64,000 nucleotides of DNA from IMG/VR virus record IMGVR_UViG_3300025869_002060, positions 124,001 through 188,000 of that record; one strand, given 5' to 3'. Below, piece after piece: positions 27,874 to 37,042 of this stretch. A program made the position numbers and the translations under genes. The notes below the pieces were generated by a model. The model was not told the origin of the DNA. It ran no database searches and saw nothing but the letters and a program-made list of their open reading frames with translations. Position 1 is the first letter of the stretch. Each line of letters opens with the position of its first letter.

Positions 27874-28602
27874 ATGTTTGGTTTATTAAGTGTACATCAA
27901 AACTATTTTTTAACTGTTGGTGAATACAATTCACTTAAACGGACACAGCATATAATTGGCTCACAGTTGCCTTGTTTGTTTGTTGACTTTGATTTAATTC
28001 AAACACGTGATGCTGACAAAATATCTAAACTTAATTTTAAAGATTATGCTGGAAGTTTTAGACTTAAAAAGTTCCTTGAGTTAGATACAGTTGGTACTAA
28101 GATAGTTCCAAAGTTTGATGATGCTTTTATTAGTACACGTGAACACTTTGGTCTTAAACCTATTACTGACACACAAGAGATGATGGTTACTCACATATCT
28201 CTGTTGCATGAATTTATTAATATACATTGGAAAGAGCTTGATGTATATAAGAAGCATCGAGACAAAGGCAACGATCAAAAAATTAACGGTATAAATGCTT
28301 TTTCAGATTTTGTTATTGAACAGACCGGAGCCGACGGTTTTATTAACGAATTAGTTGAATACGAAACACAACAGATTCAAGCAAACACAGGTGTATTGGG
28401 AAATCATACAAAACACTTGCAACAGAGTTTAATGAATATAAACTATAGCAATGTTAACTTACACGATTTGATAGCAAGATTAAACCAAGAGATTCAAGCT
28501 ATTCCTCCAATCTTTGCATTTGGGCAAAAAAGGATAAGCGAAATGCTACAACGCCAAGCACAAAAAGCTCTGCTTATGGCAAGGAAATCAATGAATGCCT
28601 AG
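27874..28602 (+). CDS. Cassette 2 partner protein (unknown)
   Basis: 242 aa; overlaps the start of the following enzyme. Confidence 0.75.
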   Translation: MFGLLSVHQNYFLTVGEYNSLKRTQHIIGSQLPCLFVDFDLIQTRDADKISKLNFKDYAGSFRLKKFLELDTVGTKIVPKFDDAFISTREHFGLKPITDTQEMMVTHISLLHEFINIHWKELDVYKKHRDKGNDQKINGINAFSDFVIEQTGADGFINELVEYETQQIQANTGVLGNHTKHLQQSLMNINYSNVNLHDLIARLNQEIQAIPPIFAFGQKRISEMLQRQAQKALLMARKSMNA

Positions 28603-29782
28603 TGCTGAAGAATACTTTTACAAGAAAATTACTGACAGTATGGCCGACAGTCGGATGGTACAATCTATTGCTATGTATCCAACTGAGTTTAAAAACAAAA
28701 ATGCTACATATTGGCAGAGTTTAAATCGTTGTATTATTGGAGTAGCTGACTGGAGATCACGTGTAGGTAAATTTGAAAACCCATGGAATGCAAGTACTAG
28801 CCCAGAGTTTGCTCCGCCGGCACTTGCATATACTCCAGATACGTTTGAAGACATTGCAAACCACAGAGCATTAGAATTAATTGATGAAGCTAAAAATTCT
28901 AATCGTAGACTTCTTTTATTATGGAGTGGTGGCATTGATAGTACATTTGTACTTACAAGTTTTATTAAAAACATAGAACCTGCTGATAGAGAACTGATTA
29001 TTATATGTTGCAACTTTACTAGCATATTTGAAAACACACAGTTTTATGTTAACTACATTAGTAATCAATTTAGATGTATGCCGTACCAATACTTTGATTT
29101 AACTCCTGAATTGCTAGACAACTATATTGTAATACACGGAGACCCAGGTGACTGTTTACAAGGTCCTAGTATTCCTGCGTATGCAACATTTATTGAGCAA
29201 GGTGTACATAAAGAACCATGGAAAAACTATGTTGATCAAATAGCGGAAAGCATACAACCAGACCCAAGCCATCCATATTATGCAGAAGGATTTGGCAATT
29301 GGTTTACTCAAAGAGTTTGCGAAAACTTGGAAGAGATTCAACCCGAGAATGTTACAAGTATTGCAGACTGGTGGTGGTGGACCTACTATAACTTTAAGTG
29401 GGAATTTTCATGCCAACGTGCTTTCTTCTTTAGTCGTAGAGATCCAACAACAGAGTTTACTCCTGCACATATTGCAGACTTTGCTCGTAACACTTACTTT
29501 AACACGGCCGATTGGCAACATTGGAGTTATAGTAATCTTGACAATTTAATTGGCCTGGATAGAAGTAACCATAAACATTTTGCTCGTAATTATATACTCG
29601 AACTTGATGGCAATGATGTTTATTACTCAACTAAAATTAAAACAGCAGGAGCTCCAGCAGACATAATTACTAGGAGAGACAATGACATTCCTTTCTATTT
29701 TGACAAGAACTGGAAAGGGCATTATTGGTCAGAAACGGCTGTTGAAGAAGTGAGTATGTCATTATTAGGTAGATTTCAATGA
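28595..29782 (+). CDS. Asparagine-synthetase-like PP-loop adenylating enzyme, paralog 2
   Basis: WSGGIDS, IHGDPGDCLQG, WWWWTYYNFK, QHWSYSN. Confidence 0.75.
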   Translation: MPSAEEYFYKKITDSMADSRMVQSIAMYPTEFKNKNATYWQSLNRCIIGVADWRSRVGKFENPWNASTSPEFAPPALAYTPDTFEDIANHRALELIDEAKNSNRRLLLLWSGGIDSTFVLTSFIKNIEPADRELIIICCNFTSIFENTQFYVNYISNQFRCMPYQYFDLTPELLDNYIVIHGDPGDCLQGPSIPAYATFIEQGVHKEPWKNYVDQIAESIQPDPSHPYYAEGFGNWFTQRVCENLEEIQPENVTSIADWWWWTYYNFKWEFSCQRAFFFSRRDPTTEFTPAHIADFARNTYFNTADWQHWSYSNLDNLIGLDRSNHKHFARNYILELDGNDVYYSTKIKTAGAPADIITRRDNDIPFYFDKNWKGHYWSETAVEEVSMSLLGRFQ

Positions 29783-30465
29783 GCGAACTTTATGCATTGT
29801 ATAATGTTAAGGCAAATAAGTTTTTGGTAACTGATCGCAGTTATGAAATGCTAAAAACAATTCAGTTTATCTTTTCACATCGAATACTATTCTATTGTGT
29901 CAGATTGAATGATGTACACGGATATCGTGATGGTTTACTTGCTAAAGGAAGACATACCAAAATTGGATTTGCAGATCCACAATTGATTAATATTAGCACC
30001 GACATTCATGCAAAAAGTGATGGTAAAATTAAATTTGTATCCAGTCCAAATCACAGTGATGTAAACGAAAAATTTAGCAAACAAGCAGAATTCTATAGAG
30101 ACTTCTTACGTGTGTTTAACAAAGAATATGGATATTTTCAAGATATAGTACGTACACGTAGTCGTACACAAAAGAACGGCCTAACTCAATTGACAGAGTA
30201 TACTAAATTTTTAATGCCAGACGACGAAGCACTTCGTAACTTAATAGCTCAAGAGACTGACTATAACTTTAGTGTTATGAAATACTTGAGACAATTCAAA
30301 GGAGAGGTCATTGATAAACTACAGAGTCTTGATTTAGAACTAGAAGTAGGTGACATGGTTAAACAGTTAACACAAGAATTAAATAGTATTCCTGTTAAAT
30401 GTCACACTCAACGTTATGTAACACCTAAAGTATTGGAGTGGCTTGATGAAAACTATAATATGTGA
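29779..30465 (+). CDS. Cassette 3 partner protein (unknown)
   Basis: 228 aa; ATGA overlap; N-terminus like 25835 and 27874. Confidence 0.75.
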   Translation: MSELYALYNVKANKFLVTDRSYEMLKTIQFIFSHRILFYCVRLNDVHGYRDGLLAKGRHTKIGFADPQLINISTDIHAKSDGKIKFVSSPNHSDVNEKFSKQAEFYRDFLRVFNKEYGYFQDIVRTRSRTQKNGLTQLTEYTKFLMPDDEALRNLIAQETDYNFSVMKYLRQFKGEVIDKLQSLDLELEVGDMVKQLTQELNSIPVKCHTQRYVTPKVLEWLDENYNM

Positions 30466-30497
30466 ATGGAACAATATGATTGGAAGGAAGTAGGATT

Positions 30498-30755
30498 ATG
30501 AGTGACAACGAAGACATGAAAATTGACGATGTTCAAAAACAAATATGGAATCTAATAGATAGACAATTTGCCGAAGAAACATCACAAGAGCAACTGTATG
30601 TAACAGGTGCGGTGTTACTACAAACTGCTATTGAATTATACAGTGTAATATTAGAAGATGACGATATTCAAAGATTGTTTGATAGTGCTACTGACAGCAT
30701 TCCAGACCTCCGCCAACGAATGCAAGATCGTCTTGGAACACGAGTTATTCATTAA
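30498..30755 (+). CDS. Small acidic helical protein inserted in cassette 3
   Basis: ATG 30498 after AGGA; 85 aa. Confidence 0.7.
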   Translation: MSDNEDMKIDDVQKQIWNLIDRQFAEETSQEQLYVTGAVLLQTAIELYSVILEDDDIQRLFDSATDSIPDLRQRMQDRLGTRVIH

Positions 30756-31940
30756 ATGAAAGCCGTTGATCAACATATTGATGAAATTACTAACAATGCA
30801 TGTATGGTAGACAATATGCTTATTGAACACCTTGATGTTAAAAACCCATACGGAAATCATTGGCAACGATATAGCAGACTCAATATCGGAGTTAAAGATG
30901 TTAGGCCTCGTGTTGGTACGTTTACAACTCCATGGAACACACCTAATAGAGATCTTTGGAGAATGCCAGAATTATATTATATTGATGATAAACTATCAGA
31001 TGTACTTGATGAACGTGCAATCGAACTATTCAATTTGGCTAAAAACACCAATAGAGACATACACATTATGTGGTCAGGAGGAATTGACAGCTCAGGTGTA
31101 CTTGTGTCATTTCTTAAAACATTAGATCCAGCAGATAGAGATATTCTCACAGTAGTAATGAACACTGATAGTTACTTGGAGAATCCTGACTTTTACAGGA
31201 ACCATATCAGTAATAAACTAAAAATTAAATACCTCAATACTATTGATGTTAACAACGAATTCCTTAGTAAGAGCATGTTGTTACATGGTGATCCGGGTGA
31301 TTGTTTATACGGGCCAAGCATTGGCGCCTTTGCACACTTAATACCTGATGGGAAACACCTATTACCAGCAAACGAGAATAGACATTTAATTAAAACCTTT
31401 TATGACCGTCAGGTAAGCAGATGGGCACACCCAGACTTTGGTGAATGGTATGTTAACAAAGTTGCAGACAACTTTGCTGAAGCTGGTTTAGAAAATGCAA
31501 GTACTATTGCTGATTATTGGTGGTGGCATTATTTTAATCTCAAGTATCAATTCTCAATGCAGAGACCGTTACAGCATCTTAAAGGAAATTATAAAGATGC
31601 ACTTGAACCATCATTGTACGATCGTTTTATACGTGAAGTATTTTTTCACACAGATCGTATGCAACGTTGGAGTTATAGCAACTTACATACCTTCTATGAA
31701 AAGATACATCTTGGCGACCCTGGTACTAAATGGCAAGCAAGAGACTATCTATACGATTTTGATAAAAACGATCGATATTACTACCATAAGGTTAAGATAT
31801 CGAGTCAAGCGAGCGATAAAGAACGCAGAATGTTAGATATCAGTCCGTTTTATTACGATCGTTATAACATGGGACACTATCCATGGGAAGAAGGTGTTAC
31901 AGAAGCAATCACACACTTTTTGGAAGAATATCAGGGTTGA
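30756..31940 (+). CDS. Asparagine-synthetase-like PP-loop adenylating enzyme, paralog 3
   Basis: WSGGIDS, LHGDPGDCLYG, WWWHYFNLK, QRWSYSN. Confidence 0.75.
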   Translation: MKAVDQHIDEITNNACMVDNMLIEHLDVKNPYGNHWQRYSRLNIGVKDVRPRVGTFTTPWNTPNRDLWRMPELYYIDDKLSDVLDERAIELFNLAKNTNRDIHIMWSGGIDSSGVLVSFLKTLDPADRDILTVVMNTDSYLENPDFYRNHISNKLKIKYLNTIDVNNEFLSKSMLLHGDPGDCLYGPSIGAFAHLIPDGKHLLPANENRHLIKTFYDRQVSRWAHPDFGEWYVNKVADNFAEAGLENASTIADYWWWHYFNLKYQFSMQRPLQHLKGNYKDALEPSLYDRFIREVFFHTDRMQRWSYSNLHTFYEKIHLGDPGTKWQARDYLYDFDKNDRYYYHKVKISSQASDKERRMLDISPFYYDRYNMGHYPWEEGVTEAITHFLEEYQG

Positions 31941-31965
31941 CAAACAACAATTACTGTTATATAAT
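31937..31965 (+). promoter_or_regulatory. Consensus sigma70 promoter for the replication operon
   Basis: TTGACA-17 bp-TATAAT. Confidence 0.85.
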
Positions 31966-31990
31966 ATGTACAAATTAAGGAGAACTATCT

Positions 31991-32245
31991 ATGACTATGT
32001 TTAGCTCAGAACAAAAAGCAAAACTTACACAAGTAATCAATGAAGGGATTCAGGTCAAGCAAGAAGTAGAAGATCTGAATGCTGGACTTAGTGATACAGT
32101 TAAAGCTATTGCTGAGGAAATGGAAATTAAACCTTCTACTTTAAAAAAAGCAATTAATATTGCACACAAAAGTGGACTAGGTGATGCAAACGCAGAACAC
32201 GAGGTACTAAACGACATTCTTGAGACTGTCGGAAAGACCTTGTAA
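31991..32245 (+). CDS. Small dsDNA-binding protein (T4 DsbA/GapR-like)
   Basis: 84 aa helical, DTVKAIAEEMEIKPSTLKKAINIAHK; lies before the polymerase. Confidence 0.55.
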   Translation: MTMFSSEQKAKLTQVINEGIQVKQEVEDLNAGLSDTVKAIAEEMEIKPSTLKKAINIAHKSGLGDANAEHEVLNDILETVGKTL

Positions 32246-32479
32246 ATGGAAGTCAAGCCATACCAAAAATTGGCTTGGAGTGCTACAGCGGGATTGATTC
32301 TTGCAAGTTTATTTGCAAGTTTCGTCCCGCATCTCTTGATCCATCATGTGCTCTTTATTGTTAGCAATGCACTGTGGACAGCCGTAGGAATATTATGGAA
32401 AGAAAAGAGCTTGATTGTTCTGAACTTTTCGCTTACTATAGTGTACATATTAGGATTGGTGTATAATGAGTTATATTGA
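32246..32479 (+). CDS. Small membrane protein
   Basis: Three hydrophobic segments in 77 aa. Confidence 0.65.
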   Translation: MEVKPYQKLAWSATAGLILASLFASFVPHLLIHHVLFIVSNALWTAVGILWKEKSLIVLNFSLTIVYILGLVYNELY

Positions 32480-35129
32480 CGCAAGGCTGGATAGAGAACG
32501 TGATATGATTCACGTGGTAGAACGTATTGACGGAAAAAGAAACTTTACGGAATACCCTGCTGAATATGTGTTTTATTATGATGATGCAAGAGGCAAGCAT
32601 AAAACTATATACGGTAATCCTGTAAGTCGTTTCAGTACACGCAATAGCAAAGAGTTTCAAAAAGAATTACGTATTAATTCTAATAAAAGTGTACACGAAA
32701 GCGACATCAATCCAGTATTGCGTTGTTTAGAGAACAATTATCTCAACAAAGACGCACCTAAACTACAAACATGTTTCTTTGATATTGAAGTAGATTTTGA
32801 TCCAGAACGTGGATACAGTAGTCCAAGTGATCCATTCAATATGATTACATCAATTACATTGTATTTGGATTGGGCAGATAAACTTATTACACTAGCAGTA
32901 CCACCTAAGAGTATGAGTTGGGAAACGGCCACTGAAATTTGTGCTAAATTTGATGACACTTATATATTCAAACGTGAAGAAGAATTATGCGAAACCTTTC
33001 TTGATCTGATTGATGATGCAGATGTCCTTAGTGGATGGAATAGCGAAGGCTATGATATTCCATATACTGTTTTACGTATCAATCGTATACTGAGCAAAGA
33101 TGATACAAGACGTTTTTGCTTGTGGGGACAATATCCTAAAAAACGTATGTTTGAACGTTTTGGCGCAGAGAACATTACGTTTGATTTGATTGGTCGTGTA
33201 CATTTAGATTATATGCAACTATACCGCAAATACACATACGAAGAGCGTCATAGTTATGCACTTGATGCAATTGGTGAGTATGAACTTGATGAAAAGAAAG
33301 TTGCATACGACGGCACACTTGATCAACTGTACAACGGCGACTTTGAAAAGTTTTTAGACTATAATAGACAAGACGTTATGTTGCTTGTTAAACTAGATAG
33401 GAAGTTACAGTTTCTTGATTTAGCAAATGTTATTGCACATGATAATACTGTTCTACTTCCAACTACAATGGGTGCGGTTGCAGTTACCGAACAAGCAATT
33501 ATCAACGAAGCACATTCATTAGGACTTGTAGTTCCTAGTAGAACTAAAAAAGAAGAACATACAGAAACACAAGCGGCAGGTGCTTATGTTGCATATCCTA
33601 AAAGAGGTATGCACGAATACATTGGTGCCATCGACTTGAACAGTCTATACCCTAGTGTTATTAGAGCTTTGAATATGGGTCCTGAAACAGTTGTAGGACA
33701 ACTACGACCCACAATGACAGAATTTTATATTAAAGAAAAGCAGGCAGAAGGAAAGAGTTTTGCTGATGCTTGGGAAAATATGTTTGGTAGTAAAGAATAC
33801 CAAGCAGTTATGGAAATGGATCCCACTGTAGAAATTACCATTGATTGGCAAGACGGAACCGAAGATTCGTGTAGTGCCGCAGATGTATGGAGATTGGTAT
33901 TTGATAGTAAGCAACCGTGGATGCTCAGTGCTAACGGAACTATCTTTACATACGAAAAGAAAGGTATTGTACCTGGATTGCTAGAACGTTGGTATGCTGA
34001 ACGTAAAGAGCTACAGGCTAAGATGCGAGATAGCGAAGGCGAAGAACGTGCCTTTTGGGACAAGCGACAACTTGTTAAAAAGATTAACTTGAATAGTTTG
34101 TATGGTGCTATTCTAAATCCATACTGTAGATTCTTTGATCATCGTATAGGACAATCAACTACACTCACTGGCAGAATTATTGCAAAACACATGGATGCAT
34201 TCACAAATGAATGTATAACAGGCGAGTACGATCATGTTGGCGAGGCAGTAATTTATGGTGATACTGACTCTGTATATTTCAGTGCTTGGCCAATGCTTAA
34301 AAGTGAAGTCGAAGCAGGTAATATGGAATGGAACAAAGAAATTTGTGTACAACTGTATGACCAAATTGCAGAAAACTTAAACGATAGTTTTCCGGCATTT
34401 ATGGAAAAGTCTTGTCATTGTCCACGCGAAATGGGTGAAATTATTAAAGCAGGGCGTGAGTTGGTTGCTAGTAAAGGTCTTTACATTAAGAAAAAACGTT
34501 ATGCAGTTTTGATCTACGAACTTGAAGGTACAAGGTTGGATGTTGGCGGCAAGCCAGGTAAAGTTAAAGCAATGGGTCTTGATCTAAAAAGATCTGATAC
34601 TCCCAAAGTAGTACAAGACTTCCTTAGCGAAATTTTACTTACTACTTTAACTACCAACGCACCACGAGACGACGTTATTAAAGCAGTACGTGATTTTAAA
34701 ATAATGTTTGCTGATAGACCAGCATGGGAAAAAGGTACACCTAAACGTGTTAACAACTTAACCAAGTATACTGCTGAAGAAAAACGATTGGGCAAAGCCA
34801 ACATGCCCGGACATGTTAGAGCCGCAATGAACTGGAATAAACTAAAGCAGATGCATGGCGACAAGTATAGTTCAGAAATCATGGACGGTATGAAAACTAT
34901 TGTATGTAAACTTAAAGACAATCCAATGGGTTATACTAGTGTGGGTTACCCAACTGATGAATTACATATCCCAAATTGGTTTAAGGACCTACCATTTGAC
35001 AATGGTGCAATGGAAGCAGGAATTGTAGATCAAAAAGTTGAGAATCTATTAGGCGTATTGAAGTGGGACATTGCTGGTGAAACCAACATCAAAACAACTT
35101 TCACGAGCTTGTTCGAATGGGACGACTAA
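32466..35129 (+). CDS. polB: Family B DNA polymerase (T4 gp43-like)
   Basis: ExoI FDIEV, ExoII GWNSEGYD, ExoIII YNRQD, motif A DLNSLYPS, motif B KINLNSLYG, motif C YGDTDS. Confidence 0.98.
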   Translation: MSYIDARLDRERDMIHVVERIDGKRNFTEYPAEYVFYYDDARGKHKTIYGNPVSRFSTRNSKEFQKELRINSNKSVHESDINPVLRCLENNYLNKDAPKLQTCFFDIEVDFDPERGYSSPSDPFNMITSITLYLDWADKLITLAVPPKSMSWETATEICAKFDDTYIFKREEELCETFLDLIDDADVLSGWNSEGYDIPYTVLRINRILSKDDTRRFCLWGQYPKKRMFERFGAENITFDLIGRVHLDYMQLYRKYTYEERHSYALDAIGEYELDEKKVAYDGTLDQLYNGDFEKFLDYNRQDVMLLVKLDRKLQFLDLANVIAHDNTVLLPTTMGAVAVTEQAIINEAHSLGLVVPSRTKKEEHTETQAAGAYVAYPKRGMHEYIGAIDLNSLYPSVIRALNMGPETVVGQLRPTMTEFYIKEKQAEGKSFADAWENMFGSKEYQAVMEMDPTVEITIDWQDGTEDSCSAADVWRLVFDSKQPWMLSANGTIFTYEKKGIVPGLLERWYAERKELQAKMRDSEGEERAFWDKRQLVKKINLNSLYGAILNPYCRFFDHRIGQSTTLTGRIIAKHMDAFTNECITGEYDHVGEAVIYGDTDSVYFSAWPMLKSEVEAGNMEWNKEICVQLYDQIAENLNDSFPAFMEKSCHCPREMGEIIKAGRELVASKGLYIKKKRYAVLIYELEGTRLDVGGKPGKVKAMGLDLKRSDTPKVVQDFLSEILLTTLTTNAPRDDVIKAVRDFKIMFADRPAWEKGTPKRVNNLTKYTAEEKRLGKANMPGHVRAAMNWNKLKQMHGDKYSSEIMDGMKTIVCKLKDNPMGYTSVGYPTDELHIPNWFKDLPFDNGAMEAGIVDQKVENLLGVLKWDIAGETNIKTTFTSLFEWDD

Positions 35130-35157
35130 GTAGTTATGTAGGTACTTTATCAGCGAG

Positions 35158-36153
35158 GTGTGTGTTATGAATACCGACGAAAAACTCAGTTTAAGCGAAC
35201 TGGTTGGCTTTCGGAATAGACTAAACAACATCGTAACAGTTGACGGTGTTAAGAATTCTATAGATGACATTTGTACATTAATTGAAAATACAAATGTGAA
35301 TAGTAACACCCATAAAGAACAACTCTCTCTGTATAACGAAAAGTTCCAAAGCATCAAACAACAACTTGATTCTGTTTCTGAAGACGTAGCAAACCATAAT
35401 AAACTAATCAGTGAAGAGCTTGAAAGAGTAAGTAAGAAATTCTATGCTTCAAATTATGATTTAGAACTTGCATATGATTCAGCACAAAGTATTAGAGATG
35501 GTCGTCAACTTACCATGAGCGACAAAGCAGACGAAATATTTCGTCAACGTATTAAGATGTATGTTGACTGGCGATTTCCTATTCTTGAACTTGGTTGCCG
35601 AGATGGAGATATGACCAATGAGTTAGTTGCTGGTGATCCGTTATACATTGTTGATAACTACCAAGAATTTATTGATAACACACTTAGCAAATTCAATGAT
35701 CAATATAAAAATAGAGTGCGACCATATTTGATACAAGAAGAATCTGGACAACCAAATATATTAGACATACAAAAGTTACCAATTGGTCAATTTGGTTTTA
35801 TATTCAGTTTTAACTATTTTAATTATAGAAGTATACAAGGTCTCAAAGACTATCTTGGTCAAGCAAAAGAACTATTGCGTCCAGGTGGAACAATGATGTT
35901 CACTTACAATAACTCAGATATAGAACAACAGGCGGCGTTTGCTGAAAGTTATTTTATGAGCTACATGCCTAAATCTCTTTTAATACCGTTGTGTCAAAGT
36001 GTTGGATTTGATTATGTTACAAGTTTTGATATCGGAAACCTAAGTTGGATTGAGATTCGTATACCTGGAGAACTTGAAAGTATTAAAGCTCATCAAGCAA
36101 TGGCTAAGATTGTGCATATAGAAAAGTATCCAAAAGAATTGACTTTTGAATAA
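35158..36153 (+). CDS. Class I SAM-dependent methyltransferase with N-terminal coiled coil
   Basis: ILELGCRDG, YIVD, FIFSFNYF, LLRPGG. Confidence 0.75.
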   Translation: MCVMNTDEKLSLSELVGFRNRLNNIVTVDGVKNSIDDICTLIENTNVNSNTHKEQLSLYNEKFQSIKQQLDSVSEDVANHNKLISEELERVSKKFYASNYDLELAYDSAQSIRDGRQLTMSDKADEIFRQRIKMYVDWRFPILELGCRDGDMTNELVAGDPLYIVDNYQEFIDNTLSKFNDQYKNRVRPYLIQEESGQPNILDIQKLPIGQFGFIFSFNYFNYRSIQGLKDYLGQAKELLRPGGTMMFTYNNSDIEQQAAFAESYFMSYMPKSLLIPLCQSVGFDYVTSFDIGNLSWIEIRIPGELESIKAHQAMAKIVHIEKYPKELTFE

Positions 36154-36191
36154 GTGTATGCTACATTATAATATAATCTAATGAAAGAGGA

Positions 36192-36920
36192 TTGAAAATG
36201 AAAGACTATCTACTAGATATTGTTCAACACACTTACGGCCTTGGCGGAATTGAGTTGGCCAAGATTACAGGTGATGAAAACGGAACTAAACTAAATTCAA
36301 TCAGTGAAGATCGTACAAGTGTGGTTATCGAAGCTGACTTTAAAAATGCTATTCCAGACTTTATTGGAACATTTGGGCTTCCTAACTTGGGTAGATTGCA
36401 TACTTTACTTGGACTTCCTGTTTACAAAGAAGAAGCAAAACTTAGTGTAAATCGTAACAATGATGAACCAAGCAACTTGCACTTTGAAAACAAAGAAGGT
36501 GATTTCCAGAACGACTATCGCTTTATGGGCGAAAGTGTAGTTAACAGTATCTTGAAGAACTTCAAGTTTAAAGATGTAACATGGAATATTGATATTGTTC
36601 CAACTGTTACTAGTATTCAACGATTGAAGTTTATGTCACAAGCACACCCAGACGAAACAACCTTTAGTGCTAAAACTGAAGATAGTAAACTAAAGTTTTA
36701 CTTTGGTGATCCAAGCAGTCATTCAGGTGAGTTTGTGTTCGAACAAGGTGTAAGTGGTACACTAAAAACTAACTGGAGTTGGCCAGTAGCTTATGTTAAT
36801 GCTATCCTAAGTTTGCCTGGTGATAAGACTTTTAAGATCAGCGACGAAGGTGCATCAATGATTACAGTTGACAGCGGACTAATTGCTTATAACTATATTC
36901 TACCTGCACAAACCAAATAG
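36192..36920 (+). CDS. DNA polymerase sliding clamp (T4 gp45-like)
   Basis: 242 aa two-domain beta-rich protein near polB; C-terminal YNYILPA; clamp loader present in the window. Confidence 0.7.
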   Translation: MKMKDYLLDIVQHTYGLGGIELAKITGDENGTKLNSISEDRTSVVIEADFKNAIPDFIGTFGLPNLGRLHTLLGLPVYKEEAKLSVNRNNDEPSNLHFENKEGDFQNDYRFMGESVVNSILKNFKFKDVTWNIDIVPTVTSIQRLKFMSQAHPDETTFSAKTEDSKLKFYFGDPSSHSGEFVFEQGVSGTLKTNWSWPVAYVNAILSLPGDKTFKISDEGASMITVDSGLIAYNYILPAQTK

Positions 36921-36928
36921 GAGGTTAC

Positions 36929-37042
36929 ATGAAGCTAAGTGAATTTAAAAAGAAGTTTGGCGAAGGTACAGATTTTGATCTTGATTACGGGAAGGTAGTT
37001 ATACTTGTTCTTTGCATTTATATTGCCATACAAGTATCGTAA
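36929..37042 (+). CDS. Small membrane peptide (37 aa)
   Basis: Read by eye: MKLSEFKKKFGEGTDFDLDYGKVVILVLCIYIAIQVS*; AGGAGG SD. Confidence 0.7.
   Translation: MKLSEFKKKFGEGTDFDLDYGKVVILVLCIYIAIQVS

Noticed and set aside
30498-30755. PqqD/RRE domain for a lasso-like system (IWNLID)
   Set aside because: Only a five-residue resemblance; the protein looks all-helical with no N-terminal beta-sheet
26566-31940. Calling the three SGGIDS proteins QueC
   Set aside because: They lack the C-terminal Cys-rich Zn site of QueC, are longer, and carry the AsnB-like GDxxD motif; the partners also lack the N-terminal Gly used in known QueC-type protein deazaguanylation
32466-35129. Intein or intron in polB, clpA or the clamp loader
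   Set aside because: Lengths are typical, motifs are contiguous, and no splicing or homing-endonuclease motifs are visible
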